From contig JAHJJU010000101.1 of the NCBI GenBank assembly GCA_018822805.1, forward strand, positions 1,956 to 65,955: 64,000 nucleotides of DNA, written 5' to 3'. Source of the DNA: a bacterium. GTDB lineage: Bacteria > Campylobacterota > Campylobacteria > Campylobacterales > Sulfurovaceae. The notes under the pieces are model-generated. The model was not told where the DNA came from and searched no databases. It worked only from the letters and a program-made list of their open reading frames with translations. Numbering within the stretch: position 1 is the stretch's first letter; each line of letters opens with the position of its first letter. Shown here piece by piece: positions 50,288 through 59,850 of the stretch. Position numbers and translations under genes: made by a program.

Positions 50288-50692
50288 ATGAGAGTTGTCA
50301 CAGGTGTGGTAGGGAATGATATTCATGTGGTCGCCAATCGGCTCATAGAAATTTCCCTCAAAGAGAGAGGGTTTGAGGTATTTAATTTAGGGGTTAACAC
50401 CTATCTTGAAGAGTTTATCGATGCCGTAATAGAGACCGATGCTGATGTACTGCTCATCTCATCGCTCAATGGTGAAGCTGAAGGGTGGTCACGTGATTTG
50501 CTGTTTTTGAAAAGCCGTTTTGATTTGGATGGCGTGCTTTTTGCCATTGGGGGGAACCTGAGTGTGGGTGAAGCAACCAGTGAAGAGATTGTTCCAAAAT
50601 ACAAAGCCTATGGCTACGATTTGGTCTTTCATCAAGTTGATTTGAACACAGGAATTGATACCATAGAAGAAGTCTTAAAGGAGAGAGCATAA
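50288..50692 (+). CDS. glmS: Glutamate (methylaspartate) mutase B12-binding S subunit
   Basis: DIHVVA (DxHxxG variant), ISSLNG and GGNL cobalamin-binding motifs; overlaps the next gene. Confidence 0.85.
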   Translation: MRVVTGVVGNDIHVVANRLIEISLKERGFEVFNLGVNTYLEEFIDAVIETDADVLLISSLNGEAEGWSRDLLFLKSRFDLDGVLFAIGGNLSVGEATSEEIVPKYKAYGYDLVFHQVDLNTGIDTIEEVLKERA

Positions 50693-52044
50693 TGTTTCAA
50701 AGAGAACGAGAGATTATTACCAGTACTCCTTATACCGACAGTTTTGATTTTGATGAGATAAAAGCGTTCATTACAGGTGCGAGTAAAAACCTGTTTATCT
50801 CACACAAGTTTAAAACCTCTGACAAAATTTTAGTACAACCTCGTGGAGGTTTTCCTACTTACGACAAAGTCTTTGAACTCTACGGTGCATTTACAGGAGC
50901 TGGAGTAGACATACTTCCACTTACCATTGACTCTAACACAAGGCTGAATGACTATGAGATGGCTAGAAAGATGTTGGCATTATCTGAAGAGAACGATGAA
51001 AACATGCTCAACGGTTATCCATTGGTCAATCATGGCTATAGAACCACTCGAAAAATGGTCACCCATTATGACACCCCTATTAGCTTGCGACACGGAACCC
51101 CCGATGCCCGACTTTTGGTTGAGGTAGCCTTGGCTTCAGGTATTTTCGAGATAGAGGGTGGACCCATTACCTATCTACTCCCCTACTCTAAAAACTTTCC
51201 ATTAGACAAAGCCTTTTTATACTGGAAATATGTCGAACGCGTCTGTGCCGAGTATTCAGAGCTCAATGAACCCATTAATCGTGAGTCATTTGGACCCCTC
51301 TCGGCAACCCTTCAACCCCCTGCCATTGTGATTGTGATTCAGTTGCTTGAAATGCTCTTATCACTTGAAGAGGGCGTAAAATCATTCTCGGTGAGTTTTT
51401 CTCAAACAGGCTCGATGTCACAAGACATTGTCAGCTCAAACGTCATTAAAAAATTGGCTCGTAAATATGCTGAAAAAATCGGCTGTGGCGATGCCGATAT
51501 CCACCTGGTTTACCACCAATGGATGGGGGCTTTTCCACGAAACAAAGAGTTTTCAGACTCACTTATTAACACCTCAACCGTGATTGCATCCATGGTACGG
51601 GCTGACAAGATGATTACCAAAACCCGTGATGAAGCCTTTGGAATTCCAACCAAAGAGGTCAATGCTGCTGCTGTACGTAACACGCAATATACACTTAATA
51701 TGTTAAGAGGCATCCCATCCATCACCGATGAAGAGGAAGAAGCAAACCTCACCGAAATGGTGGACGACATTATGGAAGCTGTTTTTAATGACCCTGCCGA
51801 TACCTTATGGCGACAGGTCTTTAACTCGATTAAAAATGGAATTATCGACATTCCTTTTTCACCACATATTGCCAACCATGGTGAAGCGATTACCGTACGT
51901 GATAAAAATTATAATATTCGATTCTATGAACGAGGCAATGTCCCTATTAGCGACAAATGTTTGGCTTTTGAACGCTCAAAAATAGACTTGTGTGGAGCGT
52001 CATTGGTTGACCATATTATTCATGACATCGGGATCATGCTGTAA
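50692..52044 (+). CDS. glmE: Glutamate (methylaspartate) mutase E subunit
   Basis: QPRGG, TIDSNTRLN, LNGYPLVNHG, RHGTPDARLL, EGG, INRESFGPL, HQWMGAFP and KTRDEAFGIPT match Clostridium GlmE motifs. Confidence 0.9.
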   Translation: MFQREREIITSTPYTDSFDFDEIKAFITGASKNLFISHKFKTSDKILVQPRGGFPTYDKVFELYGAFTGAGVDILPLTIDSNTRLNDYEMARKMLALSEENDENMLNGYPLVNHGYRTTRKMVTHYDTPISLRHGTPDARLLVEVALASGIFEIEGGPITYLLPYSKNFPLDKAFLYWKYVERVCAEYSELNEPINRESFGPLSATLQPPAIVIVIQLLEMLLSLEEGVKSFSVSFSQTGSMSQDIVSSNVIKKLARKYAEKIGCGDADIHLVYHQWMGAFPRNKEFSDSLINTSTVIASMVRADKMITKTRDEAFGIPTKEVNAAAVRNTQYTLNMLRGIPSITDEEEEANLTEMVDDIMEAVFNDPADTLWRQVFNSIKNGIIDIPFSPHIANHGEAITVRDKNYNIRFYERGNVPISDKCLAFERSKIDLCGASLVDHIIHDIGIML

Positions 52045-52149
52045 TTTGACAATTACAGCATAAGTTTAACCCTATAGAATTATTGATATTAGGAGTATGT
52101 TTATGGGTAATTGGCTATATAAAATGTTAACGTTTTTATTAAATAATAG

Positions 52150-54153
52150 ATGTTGAAAATTGCTCAAAATATAGGTCTTATTGTATTATCGCTATTGGTG
52201 CATCTTTATTTCTACAACAGTGAACATATAAAAAAATTTGATTATGACTTTTATGACTTTCTAACCGTCCACTCCCATAAACTTGAAGCACAAAAAGAGA
52301 GTTTCTATCCCGTAATCATTGATATTGATGAAAAAAGTTTACATCAGCTTGGTCAATGGCCTTGGCCAAGAGTCATTGATGCACAAATTATTGATACCAT
52401 TAACCGTATGAATCCATCTGCCATCGGTGTCAATATACTTTTTCCGGAAAGAGACAGGGTCTCTCCTCGCTCTATTCAAAATTTTTATAAAAACTTTTTT
52501 AATTTAAATCTTCAATTTAGTGAGTTTCCTGAAGAGATGAAAGATAACGATAGGCTTTTATCTGCATCTATAAAAAAATCAGGAGCTACACTTTCAACCT
52601 ATTTTAGTAACAGCCCTTATACAGCTTCACATTGCCAAAACATATCCTATAAGCAAAATAACTTCTCTAACATAAAGAGTGACTTTAATGCCTCTTCCCT
52701 GCTGTGTAATTATGAAAAAATACAAAATGGCGTAGAAAATTTTGGTTTTATAAATGCTTGGACCGACAGTGATGGAATTTTTAGAAGGATTCCCCTTTTT
52801 ATGCATTATAAAGAAGAGACTTTCCCCTCTTTTGCCTTAGCAACCCTTTTGAGTTTTGATAACTATATCAATTTAAATACCAATGATTCTACTATTTTAG
52901 TCAATTTTTCTCATAAAAAACCTAAAATATTCTCTGCTATTGATCTCTTAAACGGTAAAGTTTCAAGCGATGATATTCAAGGTAAAATTGTTATTATAGG
53001 TTCTTCTATCGTTGGCTTAAACCCTACCTATCTTATTTCAAGTGGTGAAAAAATTTCAAACTCAATGATTCATGCTTTTGTTATAGACAACATTTTAAAC
53101 AACTCTTTTCTTACCCAACCGGACAGGTACAAACAGATTAATCTTTTCCTCTCTTTTTTACTTTCTATACTCATTATTATATTGCTTTCTGAAAAATTTT
53201 ATGTTTATACATTCGGTCTGATCTTTACAGCAAGTGGCATAAGTATTGTATGGTTAATCTATGCGTATACACATAACATTTATATCTCCATTGGCTATTT
53301 ATGGACACCATTTCTTTACTTTTTTATCGTTATGCTGGCTTATCATGCAAAAGTTATAAACAAAGAGAGACAAGAACAAGAAAAACTTTTAATTCGACAA
53401 AGTAAATTGGCATCAATGGGAGAGATGATTACACTTATCGCCCATCAATGGAGACAACCACTGTCGGTCATTAATGGTATTGTACTGAATATGGATATGG
53501 ATTATCGAAAACAAGATCTTCAGCCAAAAGAAATTTATGATAAAAAATTTGATGAACATTTAAATAAAATAGAAGAGACAACAGCCTACTTATCAAAAAC
53601 CATTAATGATTTTACCGATTTTTTTTCAAAAAATAAAAAAAGTGAACGCTTTTATATGGAAGAAGTTATCACTCAAGTTCAACACTTATCACTGATTTCC
53701 AATTATAAAAATATTCAAATAATTTATAGAAAAAAAGAAAATATTGCACTTATTGGATACAAATCTGAACTTATACAGTCGCTTCTAATTATTATAAATA
53801 ATGCCATTTGTGCTTGTGAACAAAATTTGCCTCTTACAAAACAAGGTCAAATTAGTATTAATACCTACCTCTTAAAAACCAATCTATTTATATCTATTGA
53901 GGACAATGGTGGAGGTATAGACAATAAAGATTTAAAAAAAATATTCGACCCTTATTTTACCACCAAAGAAAAACCTCATGGTACAGGTTTGGGGCTTTAT
54001 ATTTTGAAGCTCATTGTTGAAGACAGCCTGAATGGTAAAATTTCTGTAAGTAACAGTAAAAAAGGTGCTACTTTTACGATTAAAATTCCTATAAATATAG
54101 AAGAAAACAATCCAATACAAACAAGAAAATTATCTAGAAAATCACTACCGTAA
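52150..54153 (+). CDS. CHASE2-domain sensor histidine kinase (no adjacent response regulator)
   Basis: IIDIDEKSL..LGQWPWPR and DSDGIFRRIPL CHASE2 motifs, 3 TM segments, MGEMI..IAHQWRQPL H-box, DNGGGI and GTGLGL. Confidence 0.9.
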   Translation: MLKIAQNIGLIVLSLLVHLYFYNSEHIKKFDYDFYDFLTVHSHKLEAQKESFYPVIIDIDEKSLHQLGQWPWPRVIDAQIIDTINRMNPSAIGVNILFPERDRVSPRSIQNFYKNFFNLNLQFSEFPEEMKDNDRLLSASIKKSGATLSTYFSNSPYTASHCQNISYKQNNFSNIKSDFNASSLLCNYEKIQNGVENFGFINAWTDSDGIFRRIPLFMHYKEETFPSFALATLLSFDNYINLNTNDSTILVNFSHKKPKIFSAIDLLNGKVSSDDIQGKIVIIGSSIVGLNPTYLISSGEKISNSMIHAFVIDNILNNSFLTQPDRYKQINLFLSFLLSILIIILLSEKFYVYTFGLIFTASGISIVWLIYAYTHNIYISIGYLWTPFLYFFIVMLAYHAKVINKERQEQEKLLIRQSKLASMGEMITLIAHQWRQPLSVINGIVLNMDMDYRKQDLQPKEIYDKKFDEHLNKIEETTAYLSKTINDFTDFFSKNKKSERFYMEEVITQVQHLSLISNYKNIQIIYRKKENIALIGYKSELIQSLLIIINNAICACEQNLPLTKQGQISINTYLLKTNLFISIEDNGGGIDNKDLKKIFDPYFTTKEKPHGTGLGLYILKLIVEDSLNGKISVSNSKKGATFTIKIPINIEENNPIQTRKLSRKSLP

Positions 54154-54249
54154 TAAATTATGTTTAACTTAAAAAAACTACTTTTTTAGATATAATCTCT
54201 TTTCACTTTTCGAGAAAGGAAATAACACAATTTCAGTGTTATAGATTTA

Positions 54250-55443
54250 ATGAACAAACTACAAATAGATATAGGAAGTACCTACTTTAAGACCAATGCC
54301 AATGGTGAGATTAACCAACATTTTAGAAATTTTGATGTCGCTATTTATGATGATTTGCACAACAAATGTGCCGACCTTTTAGCCAACTATAGCAAAGAAG
54401 AAGTTCATATTTGTAGCTCTGCCAATGGGGGGCTTAGTACACTGATTATTGGGATTACCTCGCTTTTTTCTCTCAAATATGCCACCAACATTGCTTTTAA
54501 CTCAGGAATTAATATTATTGATACCATTCTCTACTCAACCATTGACAAGGCTGTGGCTCCTAAAGAGGTGATTGATGTGGTGATTGTGGTTGGAGGGATT
54601 GATGGGGTTGAATCTAAATTTGATGAGAAACTTATCAACTACCTCAAAAATGTTAACTATCAAAACATCGTCTATGTAGGTAACAAAGCAGACACGGTTT
54701 TTTTAAAGAAGCAGTTAAAAAATCTTGTGGTTTTACCAAACATTATCGGCGACAAACTCCAAGTGCAAGAAGAGGAACTTAAAGAATATCTAACCAACCT
54801 TTATCAATCCGATATTGAAGGGAAAGAGGAGATTAAAAAGCTTTATGAGATTACTTCCAATCAAATCTACTCAACACCCTACATTGTCAACAACGCCCTA
54901 CCTAAACTGGGAACACTTTTTGATGTGGCAGACCCTTTTTTGGTTATCGATGTTGGTGGAGCGACGACCGATATTCACTACAGTACCGACTTGGTAGAGA
55001 ACAAAAATATTATGACCAGCTCCGGGTATGACCGTTTGGTTTTTAAAAAACTGGGGGTCTTTAAATCACGAGAGAGTTTGGTTTTTGGTGCAAAAAACAA
55101 TGAGTTTGTTTATGAACTTTTGGATTATTTGGGTGTAAACGAACATATTTTAGATGAACATAGCGAACAAGCCACCACCACACTGATGCAATTGGCTATT
55201 TTCTTGGTACTCTATCAGGTATCAAAAAGTCACAACGACTATGTGACTTTAAAACTGGAGATTTTAAACTCTATTGTCCTGACAGGAGGTATTTCAAAAG
55301 TACTCACCGATGAGGAGATTGATAAAATTATGCGCTTTTTTTACAAAAAAATACTAAACTTTACCCAAACCCCCAATGTCATTACCGACAGAAATTATGA
55401 AATTTGGACGTTAGGAATAGAGGAGATACACCATGCCAACTAA
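54250..55443 (+). CDS. glmL: GlmL/MutL-like glutamate mutase reactivating ATPase (ASKHA fold)
   Basis: DIGSTYFK, CSSANGGL, VVGGIDG, YVGN and VIDVGGATTDIH. Confidence 0.82.
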   Translation: MNKLQIDIGSTYFKTNANGEINQHFRNFDVAIYDDLHNKCADLLANYSKEEVHICSSANGGLSTLIIGITSLFSLKYATNIAFNSGINIIDTILYSTIDKAVAPKEVIDVVIVVGGIDGVESKFDEKLINYLKNVNYQNIVYVGNKADTVFLKKQLKNLVVLPNIIGDKLQVQEEELKEYLTNLYQSDIEGKEEIKKLYEITSNQIYSTPYIVNNALPKLGTLFDVADPFLVIDVGGATTDIHYSTDLVENKNIMTSSGYDRLVFKKLGVFKSRESLVFGAKNNEFVYELLDYLGVNEHILDEHSEQATTTLMQLAIFLVLYQVSKSHNDYVTLKLEILNSIVLTGGISKVLTDEEIDKIMRFFYKKILNFTQTPNVITDRNYEIWTLGIEEIHHAN

Positions 55444-56992
55444 TACCATTCGAGAGCTACTAGAAATCGCCAATGAGCAATCTCCGACTAAAATTGCTTT
55501 GGTCGAAAACGAGAAGAGCTACAGCTACCAAGAACTCTTTACCAAAGTCAACCAATTGGCCAACTATTTTAACCAATTAGAGTTGGTTGAAGGTTCAAGA
55601 GTGGGTATCTACTCGAACAAAGATTCCGAGCAGGTTATCGCCATTCTTGCCCTGCTCTCTACACCCTATATCATCGTACCCATTACACGATTTTTAAAGC
55701 CTGAACAGGTGGAATACATTGTAAAAGATGCCGGTATAGAATGTATTATTACCGATAAGACCAAAATAAAAAATATCAAGGAGATCAACTTCCAAGGTCA
55801 AATCATTACTTTTGAGCCTATTTATGATGAGATGGTTTCATTTAAAGAGATATACAAATGTTTTAATACCAAATACAATTCTAAAATTGACCCTACAAGC
55901 TCAGCTGTTATCACCTATGGTTTTGGTTCTGACGGGTCACAAAAAGGAATTGTGATGAGTCACAAAAACCTAAGTGATGGAGCTAGAATTGTTTCAAACT
56001 ATTTGGAGTTAACATCAGACGATGTTGTCTCAGGACTACTTTCGTTTAACCTTGACTACGGACTGAATCAAATTTTCTGTACGCTACAGAGTCAAGCGAC
56101 TTTGGCACTGCACAAATTTATCTTACCAAGTGACTTTTTTGCTCACCTACTTAGAGATAAAGTCACGGTTTTAGCCCTAATGCCTGTACATATCGGAAAA
56201 ATGTTCGATGAAGACCCACATCGACTCCCAATGTCCAGTCAACTTGACCATGTACGTGTTATTACCTCTTCAGGGGGTAACATTACCACCAAAATGGTTA
56301 AAAAGGTAGACGACTACTTTAAACCGGCCAAGTTCTACTCGATGCATGGACTAACAGAAGCGTTGCGTTCTACTTATTTAGACCCCTCACAGATTCATAA
56401 TCGCCCAACCTCTATAGGAAAAGCGATTCCTGAAGTAGAGGTTTATATTATTAATGAAAAAGGTGAAGCGTGTCAAGCCAATGAGGTGGGTGAACTGATT
56501 CACAGAGGTTGTTGTATCTACCAAGGATACTGGAACAGCAAAGAGGAGACCCAAAAACGGTTTAAAAATATTGCCATTTTAGAAAAAGTCATCAGCATAG
56601 AAGATCCAAGCGAAATGGTCATTGCTACAGGTGATTATGTCTACCAAGATGAAGAGGGATACATCTACTTCGTCGACCGACAAGATGACATGATAAAGAC
56701 CAGTGGTTATCGTGTCAGCCCAAAAGAGATAGAAGAGGTGGTTTACAACAATTTCCCAACAGTAAGCAAATGTACCGTCTTTGGAATCCCAAATGACGAA
56801 ATAGAAGAAGAGATTGTCTTGGTCTATGCTGCAAACACAAAAATTCCTCAAAATGAGTTGGTGTTTGAGCTTAAAAAACATTTGGCGACCTATATGGTGC
56901 CTACAGTGATTGAGTATCGAGAAACACTTCCACTTAAAGCTTCACATCATGAGGTGGTGGATAAGGGTCTGTTAAAGAAAGAGTTTTTCTAA
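55433..56992 (+). CDS. ANL-superfamily adenylate-forming enzyme (TIGR03098-like acyl-CoA ligase), atypical motifs
   Basis: LLSFNLDYGLNQ, GLTEALRST, GELIHRG..YQGYWN and TGD..RQDDMIKTSGYRVSPKEIEE; P-loop and A10 motifs divergent. Confidence 0.85.
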   Translation: MPTNTIRELLEIANEQSPTKIALVENEKSYSYQELFTKVNQLANYFNQLELVEGSRVGIYSNKDSEQVIAILALLSTPYIIVPITRFLKPEQVEYIVKDAGIECIITDKTKIKNIKEINFQGQIITFEPIYDEMVSFKEIYKCFNTKYNSKIDPTSSAVITYGFGSDGSQKGIVMSHKNLSDGARIVSNYLELTSDDVVSGLLSFNLDYGLNQIFCTLQSQATLALHKFILPSDFFAHLLRDKVTVLALMPVHIGKMFDEDPHRLPMSSQLDHVRVITSSGGNITTKMVKKVDDYFKPAKFYSMHGLTEALRSTYLDPSQIHNRPTSIGKAIPEVEVYIINEKGEACQANEVGELIHRGCCIYQGYWNSKEETQKRFKNIAILEKVISIEDPSEMVIATGDYVYQDEEGYIYFVDRQDDMIKTSGYRVSPKEIEEVVYNNFPTVSKCTVFGIPNDEIEEEIVLVYAANTKIPQNELVFELKKHLATYMVPTVIEYRETLPLKASHHEVVDKGLLKKEFF

Positions 56993-56996
56993 ACCC

Positions 56997-57023
56997 GTAG
57001 GGGCAGAGCCATGTCTCTGCCCT
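56997..57023 (+). repeat. GTAG-type REP-like palindrome
   Basis: GTAGGGGCAGAGCCATGTCTCTGCCCT between convergent genes; stem AGGGGCAGAG/CTCTGCCCT; may also act as a terminator. Confidence 0.78.
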
Positions 57024-57052
57024 TTGTTTGAATGCATTAATATTTATTATTT

Positions 57053-57826
57053 TTAATCCTTACCCCGAAAGAGCGTTCCACCTTTCTGAATACCATCGAG
57101 TAAAAAACTCCGAACATCGTCCAAACCAAAACCTGTGGCTAAAAACATTTTTTTATTGTTGCTCAATAAAAAATCAGCTGCTTTGAGCTTGGTTACAATA
57201 CCACCCGTAGCAAACTCATTGTTAGCTGTAGGTGCTGCGTCTAACTCTGCTGGGGTAATAGAGTAAACTTCTTTTAAAACTTTTGCATCATCAAACTTTC
57301 TTGGATCTTTATCGTAGTAAGCATCAATGTCAGAGAGAATCACTAAAAGTTCTGCCTCAAAATTAAATGTCACATAAGCTGAAAGTTGATCATTGTCTCC
57401 AAAAACCAGCTCTTCAGTAGCAATGACATCGTTTTCATTAATAATCGGAACCACTCCATTGGCAAGCAGGTTGTTTATGGCTACTTGAGCCAAATTGGTG
57501 CGTTTTTTAGAATCCAAATCGGCTGCACTTAAAAGAACCTGTGAACATAAAATATCGTATTTTGCAAACTTTTCTTGATACATTTTAAGCAACAAAGGTT
57601 GACCAATCGCTGCTAAAACTTGTTTGTTCCCGATGCTTCTTTTGTCTAAAGGCAACACTGTATAGCCTGCTGAAACAGCTCCTGAACTGACCAAAATGAC
57701 TTCTTGACCTTTTGCCATAATGCTGGCTATTAAGTCAACCAAGTCTCGCATTCGATCTTTTGCCATCGCTCCATTTTCCGTTAAAACATGAGATCCAACT
57801 TTAATAACGATACGATTGCAATTCAT
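57053..57826 (-). CDS. proB: Glutamate 5-kinase (no PUA domain)
   Basis: [28 protein letters not shown] and [11 protein letters not shown]. Confidence 0.95.
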   Translation of the reverse strand: MNCNRIVIKVGSHVLTENGAMAKDRMRDLVDLIASIMAKGQEVILVSSGAVSAGYTVLPLDKRSIGNKQVLAAIGQPLLLKMYQEKFAKYDILCSQVLLSAADLDSKKRTNLAQVAINNLLANGVVPIINENDVIATEELVFGDNDQLSAYVTFNFEAELLVILSDIDAYYDKDPRKFDDAKVLKEVYSITPAELDAAPTANNEFATGGIVTKLKAADFLLSNNKKMFLATGFGLDDVRSFLLDGIQKGGTLFRGKD

Positions 57827-58941
57827 TACTCTGCTTTCTCTTGTTCTTCTACAGCATGTACATAACGTTTAAGTGCATAACGTAAAGCTTCTGTGTTTAG
57901 GTGAGAAACCGATGAAATGGGCAATACAAAAAGAGGCTCATTTTTTGGTAACTCTACTCCAAAATCTTCGATGAATCCATAAGAGACGTACTCTGGATTG
58001 GATTTAAATTTATTCAATGTTGTATTGACTTTTAATCCGATATCCTCTAAAAACTGTTCGGTCAATGCATTCACCTCTTCTACAGGGAAAGAGTCACATT
58101 TCGTAATGGCTACAGCAAATGGTCGTGTTGCCAATGCTTCTGAGTAACGTTGTAATTCCACCAACAAAGTCTCATACTGATACTTCATCTCACGATAGTT
58201 GGCTATATCTACCATAATCAATAGAGTTTTGGTTCGTTCAATGTGTTTTAAAAACTCTAAACCAAGTCCACGACCATCACTAGCCCCCTCAATAATTCCC
58301 GGAATATCTGCCATCATAAAAGAATCATATTCACCCACCATAACCACACCAAGATTTGGTGTTAAGGTGGTAAACTCATACGATGCTACTTTGGGTCGTG
58401 CATTTGACACAGCAGAAATTAAAGTTGATTTCCCCACACTTGGGTACCCCACAAGACCTACATCAGCAATGAGTTTCATCTCTAAACGAATCTCTTTTGT
58501 CACACCGGGTAAACCTGGCTGTGCATAAGTAGGTCGCTGGTTACTGGCACTCTTAAAGTGCATGTTTCCAAGACCACCTTTTCCACCTTCTAAAAAAAGT
58601 ACCCGTTCACCCTCTTCTACCAAGTCAAAAAGAACTTCATTTGTAAGAGCATCTACAATTTGTGTTCCTGGAGGCACAACAATATCAATACTTTGACCTT
58701 TACGACCATAACATTTACGACCTTCACCGGGGCGTCCATTTTCTGCTTTCATATGGTTACGACCTCGAAGAGCTGAAAGCGTATCGGTGTTGTTGTCTAC
58801 TACAAAATAGACAGACCCCCCTTTACCTCCATCACCACCGTCCGGTCCACCTTTGGCAACAAATTTCTCTGTCCAAAATGAAACACAACCCGGTCCACCT
58901 TTACCGGAACTCACCATTAAATCTACACTATCTACGAACAT
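57826..58941 (-). CDS. obgE: GTPase ObgE/CgtA
   Basis: [37 protein letters not shown] and TKCD. Confidence 0.97.
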   Translation of the reverse strand: MFVDSVDLMVSSGKGGPGCVSFWTEKFVAKGGPDGGDGGKGGSVYFVVDNNTDTLSALRGRNHMKAENGRPGEGRKCYGRKGQSIDIVVPPGTQIVDALTNEVLFDLVEEGERVLFLEGGKGGLGNMHFKSASNQRPTYAQPGLPGVTKEIRLEMKLIADVGLVGYPSVGKSTLISAVSNARPKVASYEFTTLTPNLGVVMVGEYDSFMMADIPGIIEGASDGRGLGLEFLKHIERTKTLLIMVDIANYREMKYQYETLLVELQRYSEALATRPFAVAITKCDSFPVEEVNALTEQFLEDIGLKVNTTLNKFKSNPEYVSYGFIEDFGVELPKNEPLFVLPISSVSHLNTEALRYALKRYVHAVEEQEKAE

Positions 58942-58956
58942 ATACTTCCTTTGTTA

Positions 58957-58983
58957 AGGATAGAGACATGGCTCTTCCCCTAC
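58957..58983 (-). repeat. GTAG-type REP-like palindrome upstream of obgE
   Basis: Minus strand GTAGGGGAAGAGCCATGTCTCTATCCT, between a TATAAT (58994-58999, minus) and the obgE RBS. Confidence 0.72.
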
Positions 58984-59169
58984 ATAATCGCGAATTATAT
59001 CTAAAAGAGGATGTAGGTTTGATTGGAGCTAAAACCCCTTGCTTAAGATTTGATCCATCATGGTCCAAAATCTGGCGTGATTATTTGGGACATCGTAATG
59101 TTCATCGGCTTTATTTTTTATGGATTCCCCCCCCCATTTTCCACCTGCCAAAGCAATATAATCACTCTA

Positions 59170-59850
59170 TTATAACGCTGTCAATTTAAATATATATCCC
59201 TCAGATGCATAGGTCTCAATAAAGCGATGTTTTAATTTTGCACGTAAGCGACTAATCAATGTTCTTCTCCGGCTTGAATTGCTAGGTTTATCCGGCCATA
59301 TTTCATACTCAATGGTCATAAATGAGATAAGCATATTTTTATGATTTAAAAAAAGTTCTAACAATGCTCTCTCTTTTTTACTTAAATGCACCATCTCACC
59401 ACAACAAATGAGTTGTGAAGTATTGCTCTCAAAACTAAATTGAGTATCTAAAACCATATTACCTATTAGGGTATCTTCAGTGACGTTTAATTGACTTAAA
59501 CCAATTTTTATAGCAGCAAAAAGCTCTTTACGATTAAAAGGTTTGACCAAATACGCAATAGGATTCACAGTGATAGCTCTATCAATGGTCTCTTCATCTA
59601 TATAAGCTGTTAAAAAAATAATAGGCACTTCTTTTTTCTCTTTAATTCTCATTGCAGCATCAATGCCATTACTGTTCATAAGATAGATATCCATCAGTAT
59701 AAGATCAACCTCATGTTGCATTGCTTTCTCATAAGCCTCATTGGCTGTTGAACTGATAGCAACAACGTTGTACCCTAAGGTAGAAAGGTAACTCTCTATC
59801 TCCATGGATACAATACGTTCATCTTCTACTATTAAAATATTGGCACTCAT
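59170..59850 (-). CDS. Response regulator (receiver + winged helix)
   Basis: ILIVEDE, ILMDI, PIIFLTA, YLVKPF and C-terminal DNA-binding region. Confidence 0.9.
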   Translation of the reverse strand: MSANILIVEDERIVSMEIESYLSTLGYNVVAISSTANEAYEKAMQHEVDLILMDIYLMNSNGIDAAMRIKEKKEVPIIFLTAYIDEETIDRAITVNPIAYLVKPFNRKELFAAIKIGLSQLNVTEDTLIGNMVLDTQFSFESNTSQLICCGEMVHLSKKERALLELFLNHKNMLISFMTIEYEIWPDKPSNSSRRRTLISRLRAKLKHRFIETYASEGYIFKLTAL

